Source: Microgenomates group bacterium (lineage in GTDB: Bacteria > Patescibacteriota > Microgenomatia > UBA10105 > UBA927). Taken from it: a stretch of 64,000 nucleotides of DNA. The notes under the pieces were generated by a model that ran no database searches, was not told where the DNA came from, and was given only the letters and a program-made list of their open reading frames with translations. Position 1 is the stretch's first letter. The number at the start of each line of letters is the position of its first letter. Positions 37,453 through 47,860 of this stretch are shown in pieces. The DNA is taken from positions 767,041 to 831,040 of the forward strand of contig JBAQFJ010000001.1 of assembly GCA_049287205.1 (NCBI GenBank), read 5' to 3'. The position numbers and the translations under genes were made by a program.

Positions 37453-38469
37453 TTATTTCAGAAGCTCTTGTTGTATATATGCATGCACTGTATCGTAATC
37501 TGACCCAGGAACAAGAACATATCGTCCATACATCCATGTAGGCGGAACAATCAGTAAATGTTCAATGGATATTTTTTGGATTGATCCGGATATCTGCAGC
37601 GCTTTTTTCCCTATTGTTAATTGCTCTCCAAGTGTCATATCCGTATTTGTCGCAGTATCAGCAGCTTGCAGCATTTTTGTTGCAACAGACGGATGAAACC
37701 AAGGCTGCAACTTCATCATCTTCTCTTTGAGCGCAAGAATAATATCCTGTTGTCTCCTCCCTCTGGCAAAATCAGTTCCTTCATCCCCTTCCGCGTGTCT
37801 GCTTCGTACATATTTTAATGCTGTCGCCCCGTCCATATGCTGCACACCAATTGCAAACTGAATTGTTTCATACCGACATGTGTAGGTGAGATCCCCATCA
37901 CATTCATCATTTTCCTTTCCTGCAATAGGAAACTCTGTATCTGTAAATGCCGTAGTTACATTGACATCTATTCCCCCTAGAACATCAATGAGATTTTCAA
38001 ATTGTGTAAAATCAAGAGTGACAACATAATGCATCGGCAAACCCGTCACATCTTCCATAATCGCACGGGCAAGAATAATGCCACCGCCTGCTTTTTTTAC
38101 TTCGCCGTAATGGTATGCACTGTTAATTTTGTCTTTCAGCGCATCTGACCAAATATCCCGAGGGAGTGACAGAAGTGATACGGTATGTTTTTTTGTATCA
38201 AATGAAACAATGATGATGGTGTCTGTCAAGTCAGGACCGTCATGAATACCTCCCGCCATCCCAAGTAAAAGAATATTTACCTTATCATCCGTTGTTTTAA
38301 GCGGTGCGCCGCCGTCAACAAGAAGTTTTCCGATAGTGACCAAACTCAATCCCGTATTTTTAGAAAAATCCGTATTCAATTTTACCAATTTCACAATTCC
38401 AAACACAAAAAGAATGGATAATAACAGTACAATAACAATGCTTGCGATGGAAAATGATCTTCGTCTCAT
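37453..38469 (-). CDS. LytR-CpsA-Psr (LCP) family cell-wall glycopolymer ligase
   Basis: N-terminal TM, then LLLGMAGG...DGPDLTDTIIIVSF...LLSLPRDIW is the LCP core. Confidence 0.82.
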   Translation of the reverse strand: MRRRSFSIASIVIVLLLSILFVFGIVKLVKLNTDFSKNTGLSLVTIGKLLVDGGAPLKTTDDKVNILLLGMAGGIHDGPDLTDTIIIVSFDTKKHTVSLLSLPRDIWSDALKDKINSAYHYGEVKKAGGGIILARAIMEDVTGLPMHYVVTLDFTQFENLIDVLGGIDVNVTTAFTDTEFPIAGKENDECDGDLTYTCRYETIQFAIGVQHMDGATALKYVRSRHAEGDEGTDFARGRRQQDIILALKEKMMKLQPWFHPSVATKMLQAADTATNTDMTLGEQLTIGKKALQISGSIQKISIEHLLIVPPTWMYGRYVLVPGSDYDTVHAYIQQELLK

Positions 38470-39125
38470 ACGACAATAGTGTTATATTTTTCTCCAATAG
38501 CTGAAAACTTCTCGGGATCCAAACTCGCTCCGCCCACCAAGAGACCGTCAACAGCATTTGTTTTTACGATACGTGTGAGTGTTTCATCTGTAACGCTTCC
38601 TCCATACATAACGGGTTTTCCTGATAATTTCCTGAAATTTGAACATACTGATTGTATTGTTTCCGCATTCTCCGGCACTCCCGTTCCGATTGCTTCAACC
38701 GGTTCATATGCAACCAGATCAATCGCCTTCGGTAACACCTCTGCCACATCGCTCGTACAATAAATAACATTGAGTCCCGCGGCTTTTGCCTGCAATGACT
38801 GAAATGCGAGTTCTTCTGTTGATTCATTAAAATATTGTCTCCGTTCAGAATGCCCGACCAACACATATGCGGCGAATTCCTTAATCATGTCCGCGCTTAT
38901 TTCCCCTGTATACGGCCCGTTACCAAAGGGAGAAACATCCTGTGCGCCTAAAAAAACAGGTAATTTTTTTTCCCCAATCACCCCCGCAGCGGATGCCAAC
39001 AAAGTAAAGGGAACACAGAGAACAGTGGTTATTTGGGGAGTGGGACGATAGAATGAAAACCATTCTTGCATTGCAGCTACCGTCATATTACTTTTCCAAT
39101 TTCCTATCAAAAACCGAGGAGTCAT
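38466..39125 (-). CDS. tpiA: Triosephosphate isomerase
   Basis: FLIGNWKSN, VGHSERR, AYEPVEAIGTG and YGGSV. Start is at the ATG MTPRF. Confidence 0.9.
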   Translation of the reverse strand: MTPRFLIGNWKSNMTVAAMQEWFSFYRPTPQITTVLCVPFTLLASAAGVIGEKKLPVFLGAQDVSPFGNGPYTGEISADMIKEFAAYVLVGHSERRQYFNESTEELAFQSLQAKAAGLNVIYCTSDVAEVLPKAIDLVAYEPVEAIGTGVPENAETIQSVCSNFRKLSGKPVMYGGSVTDETLTRIVKTNAVDGLLVGGASLDPEKFSAIGEKYNTIVV

Positions 39126-39126
39126 T

Positions 39127-40992
39127 ATGATAAGATTATACTCTATGGGAACAGGTCTCCTCAATGAATTAAACAAAGATCAACAAAAAGCAGTGCTAGC
39201 AACAGACGGACCGATTCTCATTTTAGCAGGAGCCGGAAGCGGAAAAACACGTGTCCTCACGTTTAAAGTAGCGTATCTTATAAAGGAAAAACACATTGAC
39301 CCGACTTCTATTCTTATGGTCACCTTCACCAATAAGGCGGCAGGTGAAATGAAGGAGCGTATAGCAAAACTCCTAGGTACAAAAACTGATCTGCCGTTTG
39401 CAGGAACATTCCATTCGTTTTGCGCGAAAGTGCTCAGAACAAAAGGATCGGCCATCGGCATCCCAATCAATTTCACCATTTACGACAGTCAAGATCAGCT
39501 GGACGCAGTGAAAGATATCATGAAGGAAGCAAATATTTCCGTCAAAGAAGTAAATCCACATGCTGCGCTTGCCACAATCTCACAGGCAAAAAATGAACTG
39601 ATCGGACCATTGGAATATCCGCAGTATGCACGGGGGTTTTTTCAGGAAACTGTTGCGCGAATATATCTTTTGTATCAAAAAAAACTCATGGAAAACTACG
39701 CGCTTGATTTCGATGACCTCTTAATGAAAACCGTTGAGCTGTTTGAAAAACATCCGGAAATACTGGGGAGCTATCAAGAACAGTATCGCTATATGCTCAT
39801 CGATGAGTACCAAGATACGAATCGCGCACAATATACGATAACAAAACAGCTTGCTAAACGATACAGAAACATCACAATTGTCGGAGATGCATCACAAAGC
39901 ATCTATAAATTCAGGGGTGCTGATTTTACCAACATTACCAATTTTAAAAAAGATTATAAGGAGACAAAAGAGTTTCACTTGGAACAAAATTACAGGTCAA
40001 CACAAAATATTTTGGATGCGGCGACAAACGTCATTTCCAAAAATACATCCCATCCCATCCTTAAACTTTGGACAGAAAAATCAGCGGGAGAATCTATTAT
40101 TCTTTACGAGGCAAGAACCGAACATGACGAGGCATTATTTCTTGTCACCACTATCCTTCAATCACACAGGCCTTTTACTGACTTCGCTGTTCTCTATCGC
40201 ACAAATGCACAGTCAAGAACAATTGAAGAGGCATTCCTGCATGGTGGTGTGCCCTATGTACTGGTCGGCGGCACAAAATTTTATGAGCGAAAGGAAGTTA
40301 AAGATGTACTGGCATATTTAAAACTGCTTGCAAATCCAAAAGATACAGTTGCATACAAGCGAGTTGAGAAACTCGGAAAAGGAAGACTGGCCAAATTTCT
40401 TACGTATGCTACAGACGTTGCAGCTGATGAAAAACTTATTAAAGATTCAACGCTACAACTCATGGATCAGACTCTGGATAAAACAGACTATCTCTCTTTA
40501 TATGACCAAAATGTTGAAGAGGAAGCCAACAGACTTGAAAACATAAAAGAACTCCGGTCAGTTGCCGCAGAATATCCGACGCTTCAGAATTTTTTGGAAG
40601 TAGTTGCCCTCCTTGAGGATCAACCGACAAAAAGAGGTGCAAAAAAGAATGATGAAAACAGAAATGCCGTCACGCTTATGACCATGCACGCGGCAAAAGG
40701 CTTGGAATTCCCCATTGTGTTCATTGTCGGGATGGAAGAAGGCTTATTTCCTCACAGCCGCTCACTTATGGATAGAGATGAACTAGAAGAAGAACGCAGA
40801 CTTTGCTATGTGGGTGTAACAAGAGCAAAAGAACGGTTGTATCTTACCTATGCAGACCGCAGATTATTCTTTGGAACAAGAACGCAAAACATGATTTCCC
40901 GATTTATCGCTGACATTCCCGAAACACTCATAGAACGACATGTGTCTATTGATGCATCCTGGGGATTCCGAGAAGACGATATGCTTCTTTAA
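39127..40992 (+). CDS. UvrD/PcrA/Rep-family superfamily-1 DNA helicase (short, 621 aa)
   Basis: Motif I AGAGSGKTRVL, motif Ia and TFHSFC, plus the QDTN, IVGDASQSIY and VTRAKERL blocks. Confidence 0.85.
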   Translation: MIRLYSMGTGLLNELNKDQQKAVLATDGPILILAGAGSGKTRVLTFKVAYLIKEKHIDPTSILMVTFTNKAAGEMKERIAKLLGTKTDLPFAGTFHSFCAKVLRTKGSAIGIPINFTIYDSQDQLDAVKDIMKEANISVKEVNPHAALATISQAKNELIGPLEYPQYARGFFQETVARIYLLYQKKLMENYALDFDDLLMKTVELFEKHPEILGSYQEQYRYMLIDEYQDTNRAQYTITKQLAKRYRNITIVGDASQSIYKFRGADFTNITNFKKDYKETKEFHLEQNYRSTQNILDAATNVISKNTSHPILKLWTEKSAGESIILYEARTEHDEALFLVTTILQSHRPFTDFAVLYRTNAQSRTIEEAFLHGGVPYVLVGGTKFYERKEVKDVLAYLKLLANPKDTVAYKRVEKLGKGRLAKFLTYATDVAADEKLIKDSTLQLMDQTLDKTDYLSLYDQNVEEEANRLENIKELRSVAAEYPTLQNFLEVVALLEDQPTKRGAKKNDENRNAVTLMTMHAAKGLEFPIVFIVGMEEGLFPHSRSLMDRDELEEERRLCYVGVTRAKERLYLTYADRRLFFGTRTQNMISRFIADIPETLIERHVSIDASWGFREDDMLL

Positions 40993-41245
40993 CCGGCAAT
41001 TGCGGTAAGAATAATAATTGCACACGAACCGATCACAACTAAGAGTGCGAGAACGATTTCTATCTGCAAAAAAAGGCGCAATGGGCCTCTTACATAACGA
41101 AATGAAATAATATCCGGAAATATTCTGTGATCAATGAACGAGGTAAACGATATATCGTTTTTTGCAGGCTTTCGTCGTGGGAGCGAACGTTTTTGCATAC
41201 TGTATTACTATTGTAACACATACTAAAAAACGCGATAATACCAGT

Positions 41246-42175
41246 ATGAGATCTCCAGTGCATCCGTTACAGACAGCCGCATGGGCTAATTTTCGTGAAT
41301 CGATGGGAATCAGCATTGAAAAAATATCCTCCGGATATATTTCCTTCCACCGTGTTCCCCATACTCCCTGGACCATCGGCTATATGCCCAAAGGTCCGAT
41401 ATTAACAACTTCAATGATACATGAGTCTATAGAAGCAGGGAAAAAACATAAAGCAATATATATTCAATTTGAACCAAATGTCACAACTGAATCACAAGAA
41501 AAACTTCCTAAAAACAACGCACTTGTTTCCTCACATCACCCGTTATTTACCAAATATACGTTTGTCATGGATCTGACAAAGTCGGAAAGTGAACTGCTTG
41601 AAGCAATGCATCCAAAAACCAGATACAACATACGGCTTGCTGAAAAACACGGAGTAAAAATTCAAGAAGACAATAGCGATACCGCGTTTGCCGAGTATTT
41701 GCGGCTTGAGAAAGAAACGACTGAACGACAAAAATTTTATGCGCACAGCCCTCTCTACCACAAAACAATGTGGCGCATTATGCGCGATGCCGGAATTGCC
41801 CATCTTTTCACAGCTGTTTATCAGGGGGAAACGCTTGCCGCATGGATACTCTTTATTCACGACGGTGTTATGTACTATCCATATGGAGCATCATCAAGAA
41901 ATCATCGGGAAGTTATGGCACCAAACCTGCTGCTCTGGGAACTTGTAAAATGGGGAAAACAAAAACACTATACTGCATTTGATCTGTGGGGAGCGATGGG
42001 GCCAAAACCAGACGAAAAAGATCCTTGGTATGGATTTCACAGATTTAAAACCGGATACAATCCAAAATATGTAACGTTCATCGGATCATACGATCTTATC
42101 CTTAAACCATTCCTCTACTCACTCTACCGAATCGCAGACACCATACGGTGGACGCTATTAAAGCTTCTTAAATAA
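41246..42175 (+). CDS. FemAB-family peptidoglycan bridge-forming aminoacyltransferase (FemX-like)
   Basis: AHSPLYHKTMW and FDLWGA blocks typical of the FemAB fold. Start is at the ATG MRSPVHP at 41246, not the track's TTG. Confidence 0.75.
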   Translation: MRSPVHPLQTAAWANFRESMGISIEKISSGYISFHRVPHTPWTIGYMPKGPILTTSMIHESIEAGKKHKAIYIQFEPNVTTESQEKLPKNNALVSSHHPLFTKYTFVMDLTKSESELLEAMHPKTRYNIRLAEKHGVKIQEDNSDTAFAEYLRLEKETTERQKFYAHSPLYHKTMWRIMRDAGIAHLFTAVYQGETLAAWILFIHDGVMYYPYGASSRNHREVMAPNLLLWELVKWGKQKHYTAFDLWGAMGPKPDEKDPWYGFHRFKTGYNPKYVTFIGSYDLILKPFLYSLYRIADTIRWTLLKLLK

Positions 42176-42177
42176 TC

Positions 42178-43008
42178 ATGGAAGTACAACAAAGCACTTT
42201 GTATCAGCAATATATTCTTGCTTTAGGTTGGTCTGTAGACACCCTTGACGGGTCGGCGATTTTTTACCGAAAATTACCTTTTATTGGCGTCATGGCAAAA
42301 ATACAGCGACCAATGACTCTTCCATATATACCAAAACTTATTCCATTATTACAAAAACTCCATGTCCGCACACTTCTTGTTGAACCAAAAGCAAATGAAG
42401 ATCCTGAAGTCTTCAAAAACTATATCCATTCACTTTCAAAATTTTTTAAGATTATTTTAAGTCCGTTTTTACCGACAAAGACAATACTTGTTAATGTAAC
42501 TCCAACTGAAGAAAAAATCTTTTCTTCTTTGGAACCGGCCAAACGAAGAGCGGTGAGGCGTGCTGAAAAATATGGGATTTCCATATCATCATCAAATGAT
42601 ATTGACGATCTCATTGCAATAAAAAGTAAAGCTGCTGGGACATTTGGCAGTATGACGACATATGGCATAGACAAACTATGGAATATTTTTTACAAAAAAC
42701 AGCAATCACATATTCTGCTTGCCAAAACTAGTGAAAAAAAAGTTGTCGGCGGCGTCCTTCTTTTATTGTCGGGTAGCACCTGTTACTACTGGATTGCAGG
42801 GGCTACAAAAAAAGGAAAGCATATGTTTGCTCCGACGCTTCTCGTTTGGGAGGCGTTAAAATTTGCGCACGGGAAAAAATGTACGTATTTTGATTTTGTG
42901 GGTGTTTGGGACGAACGTAAACCAAAACAATACACAGAATGGAAAGGGTTTACAAAATTTAAAGAAGGTTTTGGCGGCAAAGAACTATATTATCCTCTCG
43001 CCAAGTAA
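42178..43008 (+). CDS. Second FemAB-like aminoacyltransferase paralog (shorter)
   Basis: WIAGATKKGKHMFAPTLLVWEALKFA and YFDFVGVWD blocks. It lies 3 nt after the first paralog. Confidence 0.6.
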   Translation: MEVQQSTLYQQYILALGWSVDTLDGSAIFYRKLPFIGVMAKIQRPMTLPYIPKLIPLLQKLHVRTLLVEPKANEDPEVFKNYIHSLSKFFKIILSPFLPTKTILVNVTPTEEKIFSSLEPAKRRAVRRAEKYGISISSSNDIDDLIAIKSKAAGTFGSMTTYGIDKLWNIFYKKQQSHILLAKTSEKKVVGGVLLLLSGSTCYYWIAGATKKGKHMFAPTLLVWEALKFAHGKKCTYFDFVGVWDERKPKQYTEWKGFTKFKEGFGGKELYYPLAK

Positions 43009-43014
43009 TAGTCA

Positions 43015-45927
43015 TCACTTCCATGCTTCACACAAAAGCCGAAATTCACAAAACGCACAATACATTCCTGGAGTTGGTAAAAACGCACTTTTATTAATTT
43101 CATTTGCGGCAGTAATAATTTCCTCTTTCACACTCACCAGCTGTTCACTCGTTCGCGTTCCCGATACCCGTTCTTGACCTTCAAAAAAATAAAACGATAC
43201 GAGCATTTTTTCCGCGGCGGTATCATACACACCTTTATCAGTGGCCGCGAGCGCATAGATAGATAATTGAAAATCTTCCTGCGGGTCACGTTTTTTCGGT
43301 GCTGCTCCTGTTTTGTAATCAATGATTTCGAGTGTCCCATCTGCTCTTCGGTCTACCCTGTCAATTTTTCCGCCGAGTGTAATATCGGGAGTTATTTTAA
43401 TTTTAAACGCCTGCTCTACAGCAATCGTTTTTGTTTTTTGGTCATACCCTTTTTGAAAATATTCTGACAATAATACTTCCCCATGTTTCTTCATTTCATC
43501 TTCATAGGATTTACTCATAAATCCCTTTGATCGCCACTGTTCATCATAGATCGCAAGCAATGTGCTTTCTAAAACTTTTTCTCCCGCAATAACATGCTTA
43601 TAAAATTCCTGCATGGAACGATGCATAATGTCACCAAACCCGAGTGCGGCTGATGTGGGGACTGGAATTTTTATCACGTATCGGAATTTATACTGCAAGG
43701 GACACCGCCTAAACGATTCAATATGGGTATACCATACATATGAAACCGGTTTAACCGTCATTTTTTCATTCGGTACTTCTGCTTTGTCATGTTTTGCCCA
43801 ATCAATTAAAAACAACTGATCAGCATCGCCATCTGATGTTTTTGTGACAGTACGAATTTCCTGATTTCCCAAACATTCGGAGATAAACGGTGATAATTTT
43901 TTCTCCCGTTTCCCGTCTCCATAATATTTTGCGGCTGTTAAATACAGATAATCCCTTGCACGCGTGACTGCCACATAAAACAACCGCCGCTCTTCTTCCG
44001 TATGATAATCACCAACGGGCAGTATCTCTTTTACCAATGCGTCGGGAATCGGAATCTGTTCGTGCCGTTCGTTTGTAGGAAACCGGGCGCCTACAAGATT
44101 AATGATAAACACAACGGGAAATTCCAAACCTTTTGCGGAATGTACTGTCAGAATATTAACGGCATTCACTTCTCCCCAATCACTGTTTGTTGCAAGCGGT
44201 GATTCACCTAAGTCCATTGCAAGATCAAGCCACTCAACAACAGCAAATATGCTTGCGTCTTCATAGTCCACTTCATATGTTTTGATCTTATCAAAAAATT
44301 TTGCGATGTTTTCTGCTTTATGTTCCTCTTTTACGTTTTCGATTTTTGTATAGGATTTCAACAGCCCTGAATCTTGCAAAAAATAGTATGCAATCTGCCC
44401 TGCGGTTTCTTTTTTAACGAGCTCCAGATGTCTCGTAATCATCCCGGTTATGACGGAAACTTTTTGTTTACCGTCTGCAGACAGGAGCTCAGAAAATTTC
44501 TCACAGGATGCAAACAATGATATGTTATTTTGTTTTGCCTGAGAAACAAGTTCCGCAACGTCCCGCGCTGAAACACTAAACACATCCATTACAAGCAGCC
44601 TGTACATAGAAACGCTGTCATGAATATTGGAAAGCAATTTCAGATATGCGATAACGTCCTTGACTTCAGGCTGTCTGAATAATTGCCCGGGGCCTAAGAA
44701 TTGAAATGGAATACCAAGTCTTCCGAATGCACGAACAAACGGTTCTGCATGGCTGTTTGCACGAACAAGAATTGCGACGTCTTTCCACGCGATGTGTTTT
44801 TTTTCATCGTTCACCAATTCAGTAATTTCTTTCGCGACAAGTTCCGCTTCATCTTCCACACGATCCGCGTACAACAGTTGCACAGGATTCCCGTTTATCC
44901 GCCGCACGCACTCAAGCTGTTTATTTATTTTTTCTACTACTTCCAAACGGTCAGGATTATTATATTGAATGAGCGCATAGGAACGATTCAGTATTTCCTG
45001 CGTTGAACGGTAATTTTTAGTAAGCACTACAATCTTCGCTTTTTTGAAACGTTTCCTGAATTGAATAATATTGGAGATAGCGGCCCCCCGCCACCTATAA
45101 ATTGCCTGATCATCATCTCCAACCACAGTGATATTCTGCCTAACGCCTGCAAGAAGAACAGCAAGTTCATTCTGTGCAAAATTTGTATCCTGAAATTCAT
45201 CAATAAGAATATACTTAAATTGTTTTTGATACTGAGACAAAATCTTTTTTCTTGTCCTAAAAACCATCAGCGTATTGGCAATCAAATCCCCATAATCAGC
45301 AAACCCTTCTTTTATTTTCAGTTCTTCATATGTTCTATATGCATCTGCGAGTTCTTTGTATTTTTTTCCTTCTTCTATTTCCTCCTCCAATGTCGCTTTT
45401 TTCTGAAATTTCTCCACCCATTCGCTGTAGCCCCTTGGGGATACATCTTCATCTTTAAGTCTTGAAAAATGCTGCAGCATACCGGAAACAAATTTTGTCG
45501 GATTACCAAGCGGCCTAAAATATTCAAGTTTGAACGCAAATAAATTTTTGATAAAAAATTGAATGCTTTCCGCTTCGCCCATGAGTGTAAAATTTGGATT
45601 AAGCCCTACAGACAAACTTTCGCTTTTTAACACCCTGTCACAGAATGCATGAAATGTTGAAATCCATAGTTTTGTTGTTCCATAGGGAAGTTTTTGATCA
45701 ACACGATCTTCCATCTCCCGCGCCGCTTTTTCTGTGAATGTAAGCGCAAGAATTTCTTCGAGCTTCGCTTTCCCTGAAGATAATAAGTACTGAATGCGCT
45801 CTGTAATAACCGTGGTTTTACCGGTTCCAGCACCTGCGATGATTAACAGCGGACCGCTACCGAATCGAACGGCTTTTTTTTGCTCGGCATTTAATATTCG
45901 TTTATCGGAAGATGGTAATTTGGTCAC
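43015..45927 (-). CDS. UvrD-like helicase fused to a C-terminal RecB/Cas4-like PD-(D/E)xK nuclease with a Cys cluster (AddA/PcrA-nuclease-like)
   Basis: N-terminal AGAGTGKTTV helicase motifs. The C-terminus is GGKIDRVDRR...IIDYKTG with CAFCEFRLLC. It uses a GTG start and is 970 aa. Confidence 0.78.
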   Translation of the reverse strand: MTKLPSSDKRILNAEQKKAVRFGSGPLLIIAGAGTGKTTVITERIQYLLSSGKAKLEEILALTFTEKAAREMEDRVDQKLPYGTTKLWISTFHAFCDRVLKSESLSVGLNPNFTLMGEAESIQFFIKNLFAFKLEYFRPLGNPTKFVSGMLQHFSRLKDEDVSPRGYSEWVEKFQKKATLEEEIEEGKKYKELADAYRTYEELKIKEGFADYGDLIANTLMVFRTRKKILSQYQKQFKYILIDEFQDTNFAQNELAVLLAGVRQNITVVGDDDQAIYRWRGAAISNIIQFRKRFKKAKIVVLTKNYRSTQEILNRSYALIQYNNPDRLEVVEKINKQLECVRRINGNPVQLLYADRVEDEAELVAKEITELVNDEKKHIAWKDVAILVRANSHAEPFVRAFGRLGIPFQFLGPGQLFRQPEVKDVIAYLKLLSNIHDSVSMYRLLVMDVFSVSARDVAELVSQAKQNNISLFASCEKFSELLSADGKQKVSVITGMITRHLELVKKETAGQIAYYFLQDSGLLKSYTKIENVKEEHKAENIAKFFDKIKTYEVDYEDASIFAVVEWLDLAMDLGESPLATNSDWGEVNAVNILTVHSAKGLEFPVVFIINLVGARFPTNERHEQIPIPDALVKEILPVGDYHTEEERRLFYVAVTRARDYLYLTAAKYYGDGKREKKLSPFISECLGNQEIRTVTKTSDGDADQLFLIDWAKHDKAEVPNEKMTVKPVSYVWYTHIESFRRCPLQYKFRYVIKIPVPTSAALGFGDIMHRSMQEFYKHVIAGEKVLESTLLAIYDEQWRSKGFMSKSYEDEMKKHGEVLLSEYFQKGYDQKTKTIAVEQAFKIKITPDITLGGKIDRVDRRADGTLEIIDYKTGAAPKKRDPQEDFQLSIYALAATDKGVYDTAAEKMLVSFYFFEGQERVSGTRTSEQLVSVKEEIITAANEINKSAFLPTPGMYCAFCEFRLLCEAWK

Positions 45928-45954
45928 AGTGAGACGATTATAACACTCAAAGAA

Positions 45955-46578
45955 TTATTTCAAATATGCAGCTTGATCTAATCTGGTTTTTGCAATCTCA
46001 AGCAACAATGATGCATAAATTGGATTGCTTACATGACCAGCGTTCATCACTGGAACAATTGCGCTCTCAAGCAAACGAGCGAATTTCAAAGGAAATTTTT
46101 GATCAACATACGGGTCACCTTCCGAATAGACTACATACGAAACAGGGATACGTTTTTTTAAATCAGAAAAATCGAAATCCGTTTTATAAAAACTATCGTT
46201 TACATGATCAAATTGCCAAAATTCTTTCGAGTGCAATGATTCCATAAACGGACTGACAAAAATTGCGCTATCTAGCTGCAGTTGGAACTATTCTACTGCA
46301 TGCAATATAAACACAGGACCTAATGAATGACCAATACAACAAATTTTCTCATCTGCGGCACATTGTTTTGCTATCGGCTCAAACGCCGTAAGCCAATTTT
46401 TGAGATACTGATTCTTTTGTGGAACAGTCGGGCCTTTTTGTGTCACTTCATCCCAATCGTCAACGGGAAATTTTTGAATAATAACTTCTTGTCCAACAGC
46501 TTCAAGTTTTTCTTTCAATGCCGGAAACCAATTCCCATCAGGACTTCCAAATGCGCCATGAAACAAAACAAATTTCAT
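45955..46578 (-). pseudogene. RBBP9/YdeN-like serine hydrolase interrupted by one in-frame TAG (46288-46290)
   Basis: Both halves are in the same frame. Read-through gives ...IGHSLGPVFILHAVE*FQLQLDSAIFVSPFMESL..., which is colinear with the family fold. Confidence 0.5.
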
Positions 46579-46587
46579 ATCGTTATT

Positions 46588-47844
46588 TTATACCATCGTT
46601 GCAATTTTTTCCTGAAACTTCCCTTTCATGAGAAGCATCAGTATAGAAAAGATTATCGCAATGCCGATTGCACATAGAGTCACAATCATCTGCGGACCAA
46701 TAACACTCACCAGTGCACTCGCAAGGAGTGCTCCAAACGGCATAAATCCAATAAACACAAATGTATAAATACTGGAAATCCTCCCCCGTAACTCATCCGG
46801 TATTGCAATAATCATAAGCGTGCCGCAGATTGCATAGACCGTTGATATTGCCCAACCACCTATTGCCTGCATAACAAGCGCGAACCAAAACCAAGGCGCC
46901 CACGCATACCCGATCATCGTAATAACAGCAATACCGACTGCAACAAACAACAAACGGTGTTTATGCTGCAATTTTTCAAATATTTTAGAAAATGTTATTC
47001 CTCCGATCATTGCACCTATTCCAAACATACTCTGAATCAACCCAAAGCCTACTTCACCTTTTTTAAAAATATCGTGAGCAAAGACCGGCTGCAGTGTGGA
47101 TGCGGGCCAAGAAAAAAACGTCATCGTTCCGACAATTGCGAGAATCCCGATATATATCTTATGATTTTTTATATAGACTAGCCCCTCTTTCATTCCCGCA
47201 AAAAATGGCGCCGTCGGTTTCGTTTCAACACTTCGCGGCGGAAATTTCATAATTAATAAACTCGTGATCACGGCAAAAAAACTTAGGCTGTTAAATAAAT
47301 ACGCAGGTCCAATTCCAAATGCCGCAATGACAAGACCTGCAATAGCAGGTCCTATTGCGCGTGCGCTGTTAAACAATGCGGAAGATAGTGACATGGCAGA
47401 CGGCAAATATTTTTTCTCGACGAGTTCCATCATAAATGTTTGCCTCGTCGGATTTTCAAACGCAAAAATAATACCACCTATAATGGCAGCAACAAAAATA
47501 TGCCACAGCTGAATGTGTTTTGTAACGATCAACAGATATAACGCAAACGCAATAGCTGCATACACGATCTGAAACGCAATAAACATTTTTCGCTTGTTCA
47601 TACGATCTACCAGTACCCCTGCAAACACCACAAAAATAAGTGTCGGAATCATATTGACCGCACTGATAATTCCTAAGAGTGATTTATTGGTTGTTAAGAC
47701 AGGATATACAAGCCATTGTTCAGCAACTGATTGCATCCATGAACCGATGAGTGATATGCCTTGTCCCACGAAAAATAACCGGTAATTTGGTGACCGAAGT
47801 GCCGGCAAAAAACTTGCTATTTTGTGCCTTACAGAATGAAGCAT
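46588..47844 (-). CDS. Major facilitator superfamily transporter
   Basis: 418 aa with 12 TM helices and an MFS-type topology. Confidence 0.82.
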   Translation of the reverse strand: MLHSVRHKIASFLPALRSPNYRLFFVGQGISLIGSWMQSVAEQWLVYPVLTTNKSLLGIISAVNMIPTLIFVVFAGVLVDRMNKRKMFIAFQIVYAAIAFALYLLIVTKHIQLWHIFVAAIIGGIIFAFENPTRQTFMMELVEKKYLPSAMSLSSALFNSARAIGPAIAGLVIAAFGIGPAYLFNSLSFFAVITSLLIMKFPPRSVETKPTAPFFAGMKEGLVYIKNHKIYIGILAIVGTMTFFSWPASTLQPVFAHDIFKKGEVGFGLIQSMFGIGAMIGGITFSKIFEKLQHKHRLLFVAVGIAVITMIGYAWAPWFWFALVMQAIGGWAISTVYAICGTLMIIAIPDELRGRISSIYTFVFIGFMPFGALLASALVSVIGPQMIVTLCAIGIAIIFSILMLLMKGKFQEKIATMV

Positions 47845-47860
47845 ACCTCGAAGTATAGCA

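Noticed and set aside
40989-41198. Minus-strand 69-aa ORF with a hydrophobic C-terminus between the helicase and femX
   Set aside because: It overlaps the helicase stop and the likely femX promoter, has no RBS and is too short or uncertain to call.
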